DNA of 64,000 nucleotides from Alphaproteobacteria bacterium (GTDB lineage Bacteria; Pseudomonadota; Alphaproteobacteria; Rs-D84): NCBI GenBank assembly GCA_015062445.1, contig SUUQ01000003.1, positions 15,623 to 79,622 of the forward strand, read 5' to 3'. Shown piece by piece: positions 58,517 to 64,000 of this stretch (position 1 is its first letter; each line of letters starts with the position of its first letter). The notes under the pieces were generated by a model. It saw only the letters and a program-made list of their open reading frames with translations, ran no database searches and was not told where the DNA came from. The position numbers and the translations under genes were made by a program.

Positions 58517-61500
58517 ATGTCCAATACAAAACATTTGGCAGATTTGTTGAAAGTCTGCAGTATTTTGCCAGCATTGGCGATTATGCCCGCAATGGCAGGC
58601 GAGAATATTGTAACTGGTGATGCATCTTTATCGTATCCGGATGTTGAAATATCACATACGACAACGGGGACAGATAATGCACTGGGGGTGGATGCACAGG
58701 GCAAGGCAACAATTGATTTTAATGGTGATATAACAAATATCGCTGTTAATGCAGAAGGAAATGCGGAATATAGTGCGGCGGTCTTTAACCGTAACAGCAA
58801 GGGGACGGTGTTAAACTTTAATACGGATAAGACAATCTTGTCCGCAACGGGATCAAGTAATTCTGTACTGGGGGTACGTGTAAATGGCAATGGATCTGTT
58901 GTTAATTTAAATGGTGAAACAGAAATTAATGTATCGTCAGACTCGACAAAAATGTTGCGTGCGATTGATGTAACGGATGGCGGGTATGTTTCGTTGAATG
59001 ATGACACAGTGTTGAATTTAACAGGTGGTAAAGACGCAGCGGAAACTATTGGTATTTTATCCAGTGGTGCAAAAAGTGTCGATTTGGCCCAGGGCAAAGA
59101 TTTAGCAATAAATGCATCTGGTGTGCGCGAGGTTTATGGTTTATATGCCCAATATGGTGGCGCAATCAATATGGCCCAGGATACCGAAGTAGATATTCAT
59201 TCAACCGCAACAGACGGTGATGCGTATGGTGTTGTCAGTGGTTATTATTCAAACGCTACGGGAACTATTGACAGCAAGGGTGAAATAGATATCGATGTTA
59301 GTGGCGATAATGCGTATGGGCTGATGAATTTTGGTGGGGCGTCTACACATATCGCGGATTTAGATATTGTTGCCACAGCCCAGCAAATAGCCAGAGGTAT
59401 CTGGGTAACAGATGACAAGGTGGCGGATGAGAGCAAGGCCGAAACAACAGATGTTGTTATTGGCTCAGAGGGTTCAACGACTGAAATCATTGCAAAGGGT
59501 GGTGATACAAAAAATACCGCCGGTATTTGGGCAGAAAAGTTAGAAGAAGATGTTGGATTAACAGTTCTGGGGGATGTTGATATTAAATCTGATGGTTTCG
59601 GGGTGGTTGCAAAAGGTGGTGCCGTTGCCAATATTGGTACAGAATATGCAAAAGAAATCAAAATTGTATCGGAATCGGGCAGAACATTACGTGCTGAATA
59701 TGGGTCTGTTTTGAATGTTGGTAATGCCAAGACAGAAACTGTTGATATTACCACAGGTAATAATTATGCAGTTATGGCAATGTATCAAGAATCTAAGGTT
59801 GGTATTAGTGGTAAGAGTATTAATATTGCCAATAATGCAACAGGTGTTGGGGCGGTTCACGCGGGCGTGAATGATATGCTGGAACGCGAATATGAACAAC
59901 TGGCGGCTGTAAGTATTGAAGGCGATAATATCGTAATTACGAATGATGCAGTTGCTGGAAATGGTGTTTCTGCGATGAGCCAGGGTATTGTTGATATCAT
60001 AGGTAATACAACAATTAAAGCGGATAATGCGATATTGGCACGTGGAAAATCATATGTTAATATCAACACATCTGGTGAAAATACTGTAAAGATGTTGGGT
60101 GATATTGACTTTGACTATGACAAGGACACGTCTGGTTCCAGCATTGATGCATATATTGATGTTACATTGGCGGGGGCAGAATCTTTCTGGACAGGTAATA
60201 CAGTTGTGTCATACGGTTCTGGAAAACCTGAAGATGAATCCCTGTTAGTGGTTTCAAATGCTAAATTGACCATGAAAGATGGTGCAGTTTGGAACGCAAC
60301 AAAAATCACAGACAGCAAAGAAGATGTTGAGGGGCGTTATTATACAGCATTAAATGACCTGGTCATTGATGATGGTACGGTAAATATCGCGGATACAGAA
60401 CGTGGTATCACGATTGATCGTATTGTTGCAAATGATGCGACGTTTAATGGCGGTATGCTGAATGTTAACGAAACAATCGCTGTTAATTCTGGGTTTACAA
60501 CATTTGCGGGCAATGTTCTGGGGGGCACAGGTGCAACACTGACATTGGCAAATGGGGCAACAATGGATATCGGTACATCAGCCATCACATTCGATAATAT
60601 GGAAATTGATGGTACGATTATTGCATCTGTTGTAAATAGTGAATCTTATGGTCGTCTGTCTGGGGCAATTGATGCCGGTGATGATGCATTGCTGAAATTA
60701 AATGTCGGTTCTGTTGGAACGTACAAGATTTTTGATACAGAAACAGATATGGACGTTGATGCAGGTTTGGCATATATCGTAACCAACAATGGTTTGGATG
60801 GCATTGTCGTTGAAACCAAGGCAGTTGAAGATATCGCAACTGATGCAGGTATTTCAACACAGACTGCAGGTGCAATTGCAGGATTGGCAAATTCTGAAAG
60901 TTCCAAGGCGCAACAGGTGTCATTGGCATTGCAGGAAGTGCTGAATAATGGTGATGTTGAATTGCTGGAACAGGAAACCGCAAAACTGACCCCGACAGAT
61001 AAGCCAATGGTTCAATCAACAGTGGCATCTATCCAGAATACGGTGTCTGCGTTGGCATCAAATCGTATGTCTTCTGTGGCAAGTATTGGTCGCAGTGGTG
61101 GTGATGTTGATGTGATGGCTGCTGGTGTGTGGGCACAGGGATTGTACAACAAGACCAAACTGGATGGCCAATTTAATGGTTATACACGTGGGATTGCAGC
61201 TGGTATGGATGGCATAATCAATGGCGATATAACAGTTGGTGTGGGGTATGCCTTTAACAACAGTGATGTCGCTTTGGCAAGTCGCGATACAGATATCGAC
61301 AGTCATTCTGTATTTGTATATGGACAGTATAAACCAGCAGCGTGGTATGTAAATGCAATGCTGAACTATACAATGTCAGACTATGCGGAAACTGGTGATA
61401 CATTGGGAATCGCGTTGGCTGCTGACTATAAAACAAATGCGTTTGGTGGTCAAATCACAGCAGGATATGACTTTGAAGGCGGTATTACACCAGAATTTGG

Positions 61501-61888
61501 TGTTCGTTATCTGCATATTAACAGCGCTGATTATACCAACAGCATTGGTATCAAGAATGAGCTGGATTCAGCAGACTACTTAACAGCAGTGTTGGGTACA
61601 CGGTATGGATTCGACTTTGAAACAGATAATGGTTTGATGTTGCGTCCAGAAGTACACTATGCGGTCAAATATGATATGATTTCTGATAAATCATCTGCGA
61701 CTGTTGCAATGCCAGGCGTGGCAGCATATACACTGGACGGTGAAAGATTGTCACGTGTCGGTGCTGAATTTGGCATGGGGTTGACAATGAAGTATAACGA
61801 ATTGGATGTGTCATTAAGCTATGACATCGAAGTTCGTGAAGATTATACTTCCCAAACCGGTATGCTGAAGGCAAGATACAACTTTTAA
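58517..61888 (+). CDS. Autotransporter (type Va) with long Gly/Asp/Thr-rich passenger and C-terminal beta-barrel
   Basis: Signal peptide MSNTKHLADLLKVCSILPALAIMPAMA. The C-terminus is rich in alternating hydrophobics and ends ..MLKARYNF. The C-terminal 400 aa are homologous to the next gene. Confidence 0.7.
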   Translation: MSNTKHLADLLKVCSILPALAIMPAMAGENIVTGDASLSYPDVEISHTTTGTDNALGVDAQGKATIDFNGDITNIAVNAEGNAEYSAAVFNRNSKGTVLNFNTDKTILSATGSSNSVLGVRVNGNGSVVNLNGETEINVSSDSTKMLRAIDVTDGGYVSLNDDTVLNLTGGKDAAETIGILSSGAKSVDLAQGKDLAINASGVREVYGLYAQYGGAINMAQDTEVDIHSTATDGDAYGVVSGYYSNATGTIDSKGEIDIDVSGDNAYGLMNFGGASTHIADLDIVATAQQIARGIWVTDDKVADESKAETTDVVIGSEGSTTEIIAKGGDTKNTAGIWAEKLEEDVGLTVLGDVDIKSDGFGVVAKGGAVANIGTEYAKEIKIVSESGRTLRAEYGSVLNVGNAKTETVDITTGNNYAVMAMYQESKVGISGKSINIANNATGVGAVHAGVNDMLEREYEQLAAVSIEGDNIVITNDAVAGNGVSAMSQGIVDIIGNTTIKADNAILARGKSYVNINTSGENTVKMLGDIDFDYDKDTSGSSIDAYIDVTLAGAESFWTGNTVVSYGSGKPEDESLLVVSNAKLTMKDGAVWNATKITDSKEDVEGRYYTALNDLVIDDGTVNIADTERGITIDRIVANDATFNGGMLNVNETIAVNSGFTTFAGNVLGGTGATLTLANGATMDIGTSAITFDNMEIDGTIIASVVNSESYGRLSGAIDAGDDALLKLNVGSVGTYKIFDTETDMDVDAGLAYIVTNNGLDGIVVETKAVEDIATDAGISTQTAGAIAGLANSESSKAQQVSLALQEVLNNGDVELLEQETAKLTPTDKPMVQSTVASIQNTVSALASNRMSSVASIGRSGGDVDVMAAGVWAQGLYNKTKLDGQFNGYTRGIAAGMDGIINGDITVGVGYAFNNSDVALASRDTDIDSHSVFVYGQYKPAAWYVNAMLNYTMSDYAETGDTLGIALAADYKTNAFGGQITAGYDFEGGITPEFGVRYLHINSADYTNSIGIKNELDSADYLTAVLGTRYGFDFETDNGLMLRPEVHYAVKYDMISDKSSATVAMPGVAAYTLDGERLSRVGAEFGMGLTMKYNELDVSLSYDIEVREDYTSQTGMLKARYNF

Positions 61889-61917
61889 TCGTTTGTTTTG
61901 TATAAAGAGTTGTTGAA

Positions 61918-61946
61918 GTCCCGCCCCAAACAGGGGCGGGATTTGT
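61918..61946 (+). terminator. Rho-independent terminator
   Basis: GTCCCGCCCCaaacaGGGGCGGGAT followed by TT. Confidence 0.55.
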
Positions 61947-62056
61947 TACTTGAATTAAGAATGTAAAAATATTTTTAGTTGAATAAAAAAATAAATGTGA
62001 TATGAATAATGACATCCATGTCGGAAAAAATTCAAATCAAGTGAAGGAGATATATC

Positions 62057-64000
62057 ATGTCCAATACAAAACATCTGGCAGATTTGTTGAAGGTCTGCAG
62101 TATTTTGCCAGCGTTGGTGATTATGCCCGCAATGGCTGCAGAATACACGTCCAGTGATATAGAACAATATCCGTATACTGTGAAAGCAGGGGATTCTTTG
62201 GTGGCCACAGAAGGGTATTCAGATGCAGAAAATGGGGTTTTTCATAATAATGGAAACTTGATAATCAGCGATGGTTTGGTTTTTGATGATAATAATACAA
62301 ATGGATATGGGGCAACTGTTTATGTGTTTAATAAAAATGCAACATACACGAAAATAGGGAATAATGTTGTATTTTCTGGTGGTACTTCGTTAAAAGGGAC
62401 TTCGCCTGATTATGAGGGGATGGGTGGTGCCATTTATACCTGGTCTGATGGTGGTAAAGATGGGGCAAGTGGTGCAAATGTTTTCGAAATGGGCGATAAT
62501 GTTGTTTTTCGTGGTAATTCGGCCGTTGATGGTGCTGCAATATATACCTATGGTTATAATACGATAACAATTGGTGACGGGTTGATTGTAGAAAATAATT
62601 TTTCTTCGTATGGCGGTGCCGCAATCGTGTTAAACGGTTATGATGCATTTTACGGTAATGATTTTATCAATACGATGGATGTTGGTAAAAATGCCACTTT
62701 TAAAAATAACACAGCGTTTCTAAGAGGAGGGGCCGTCTATATTGGTGGCAGTGCAAATGATAAAGCCACTTTTGATGATGGTGCATATTTTGTTGGAAAT
62801 GCTTCTTCGTTTGGTGGGGCGGTTTCTGGATTTGGTACGTTTGAATTCGGTGATGTGTCGTTTGAATCAAATCTGTCGTATAATGCGTGGGAACATTTTA
62901 TCAAAGATATGGAATGGGGGGACAGCTATAAAAAAAATGGCGGTAATGGTGGTGCCATCCTTAACAGCGGTGAATTCGTTATAGCAGGTGATGCATCCTT
63001 TACGAATAATTATGCAGAAGGTTTGGGTGGGGCAATCTATAATAATGGAAATCTTACCTTTGATGGAAATGTTGTGTTTTCTGGTAATAAAGATGGTGTG
63101 AATGTCGCGATTATTGAAGATGAAAAATGTTTAAATGGTTTTGTGTTGGGTGGGGCATCAGGCGGGAAACCAAATGATATCCATAATATCGGAACCTTGG
63201 ATATTGTGTCTGGAACAACTGTGCTGGATGGTGGTATTACCGGTGATGGTACACTGAATATTGCCGAAGGGGCAGTGTTAAATATCGGTACAGCATTAGT
63301 AGAACAGAAAACAATTAATTTGCAGGGGACTGTGGTTGCGTCACTGTTGAATGATTCTGCGCGTGGTGGTTCGTATGGTCGTCTGATTGGTGATATCATA
63401 GTCGGTGAAAATGCAATGATTGAACTGAATGTTGGTGCTGTTGGTGTTTATGATGTTTGGGGCGATTCAAATGTTAACCTGGGGCATGTGTCTGTTGGCG
63501 ATATCTATGAAATCACAGGTGTCGATGCAGATGGTATACATATCGTGACCAAATCTGTTGAGGATATTGCAGATGCATCTGGAATTTCAACTCAGGCGGC
63601 AGGAGCGGTTGCAGGTTTAGCAAATATAACAAATCACAAAGCACATAAAGTATCCTTGGTATTACAGGAAGCATTGAGTGCAGGTGATGTGGAATTTGTT
63701 GAATCTGAAACAAAAAAATTGAATCCAACAGATAAACCTGTGGCCCAGGCCGCGGCAGCATCTGTTCAAAACCAGATTTTGTCGCTGACGTCAGGGCGTA
63801 TGGCGGGCGGTATTTCCGTTGGACGCGCCGGTGGTGATGATTTTCCACAGGAAAATGGATTCTGGATGCAGGGACTGTTTAACAAATCTAAACTGGCCGG
63901 CGAGTTCCATGGATATACACGTGGGATTGCGCTGGGGGCCGATACACTGATTGATAAAAAATGGACAATTGGTGGTGGTTTGGCATTCAATAATTCTGAT
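62057..64000 (+). CDS. Pmp-like (polymorphic membrane protein family) autotransporter, partial, as it continues beyond the window end
   Basis: The first 32 aa are almost identical to the 58517 gene. The passenger carries repeated GGAIY/GGAVY and FxxN motifs (FKNN, FTNN, FSGN), and the translocator-proximal region is homologous to 58517-61888. Open to the window end. Confidence 0.65.
   Translation, partial: MSNTKHLADLLKVCSILPALVIMPAMAAEYTSSDIEQYPYTVKAGDSLVATEGYSDAENGVFHNNGNLIISDGLVFDDNNTNGYGATVYVFNKNATYTKIGNNVVFSGGTSLKGTSPDYEGMGGAIYTWSDGGKDGASGANVFEMGDNVVFRGNSAVDGAAIYTYGYNTITIGDGLIVENNFSSYGGAAIVLNGYDAFYGNDFINTMDVGKNATFKNNTAFLRGGAVYIGGSANDKATFDDGAYFVGNASSFGGAVSGFGTFEFGDVSFESNLSYNAWEHFIKDMEWGDSYKKNGGNGGAILNSGEFVIAGDASFTNNYAEGLGGAIYNNGNLTFDGNVVFSGNKDGVNVAIIEDEKCLNGFVLGGASGGKPNDIHNIGTLDIVSGTTVLDGGITGDGTLNIAEGAVLNIGTALVEQKTINLQGTVVASLLNDSARGGSYGRLIGDIIVGENAMIELNVGAVGVYDVWGDSNVNLGHVSVGDIYEITGVDADGIHIVTKSVEDIADASGISTQAAGAVAGLANITNHKAHKVSLVLQEALSAGDVEFVESETKKLNPTDKPVAQAAAASVQNQILSLTSGRMAGGISVGRAGGDDFPQENGFWMQGLFNKSKLAGEFHGYTRGIALGADTLIDKKWTIGGGLAFNNSD

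Noticed and set aside
58474-60588. Several minus-strand ORFs (58474-59097, 59245-59754, 60340-60588 and others)
   Set aside because: They are antisense to the autotransporter passenger, where the GC-skewed repetitive coding sequence produces long spurious frames.

Overview
This is an AT-rich (roughly 40% GC) bacterial chromosome segment, analysed by eye only, so every call is by motif and architecture and should be confirmed by HMM/BLAST. No rRNA and no CRISPR array were seen.

Layout:
(i) 1-8.9 kb, host genes. Two tandem members of a paralogous family of Sec-secreted cysteine-rich proteins; the first is cut by the window edge and was missed by the ORF track. Then a membrane-anchored coiled-coil/PK-rich protein, a ~1200-aa protein with ankyrin repeat, TM helix, a possible degenerate subtilase-like region and a beta-rich C-terminus, a 466-aa protein whose core matches the RelA/SpoT-type alarmone-synthetase motifs, and lysS.
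(ii) 9.08-38.5 kb, an intact-looking ~29.4-kb temperate prophage inserted in the 3' end of tRNA-Gly(GCC). It has 56-bp att direct repeats and a reconstituted tRNA beside xis-int. Contents: a hicAB moron, a lysis cassette with overlapping spanins, tail fibres, a head module (portal, MuF-like, scaffold, capsid), TerS/TerL, a lipoprotein plus CI-like repressor, palindromic operators at two promoters, a replication/recombination block (NinB, Lar-RusA fusion, RecT/YqaJ, SSB-tail protein), and a small secreted Cys-rich peptide.
(iii) 38.6-55.6 kb, a secretome island. More members of the cysteine-rich family flank infA, followed by a YgiW/BOF protein, a choloylglycine-hydrolase-family amidase, a His-rich HD-like protein, a ~1600-aa HExxH protein with perfect 51-bp and 72-bp in-frame tandem repeats, and its secreted partner.
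(iv) 55.9-58.3 kb. tRNA-Gln(CUG) followed by a tandem array of ~175-bp repeats that are degenerate copies of the tRNA 3' end plus terminator plus a double-hairpin element. Each repeat separates a single cargo gene (GNAT, lipoprotein, frameshifted methyltransferase). This looks like an accretion or cassette array with no integrase present.
(v) 58.5-64 kb. Two paralogous autotransporters with near-identical promoter/signal-peptide regions; the second is Pmp-like (GGAI/FxxN) and runs off the window.
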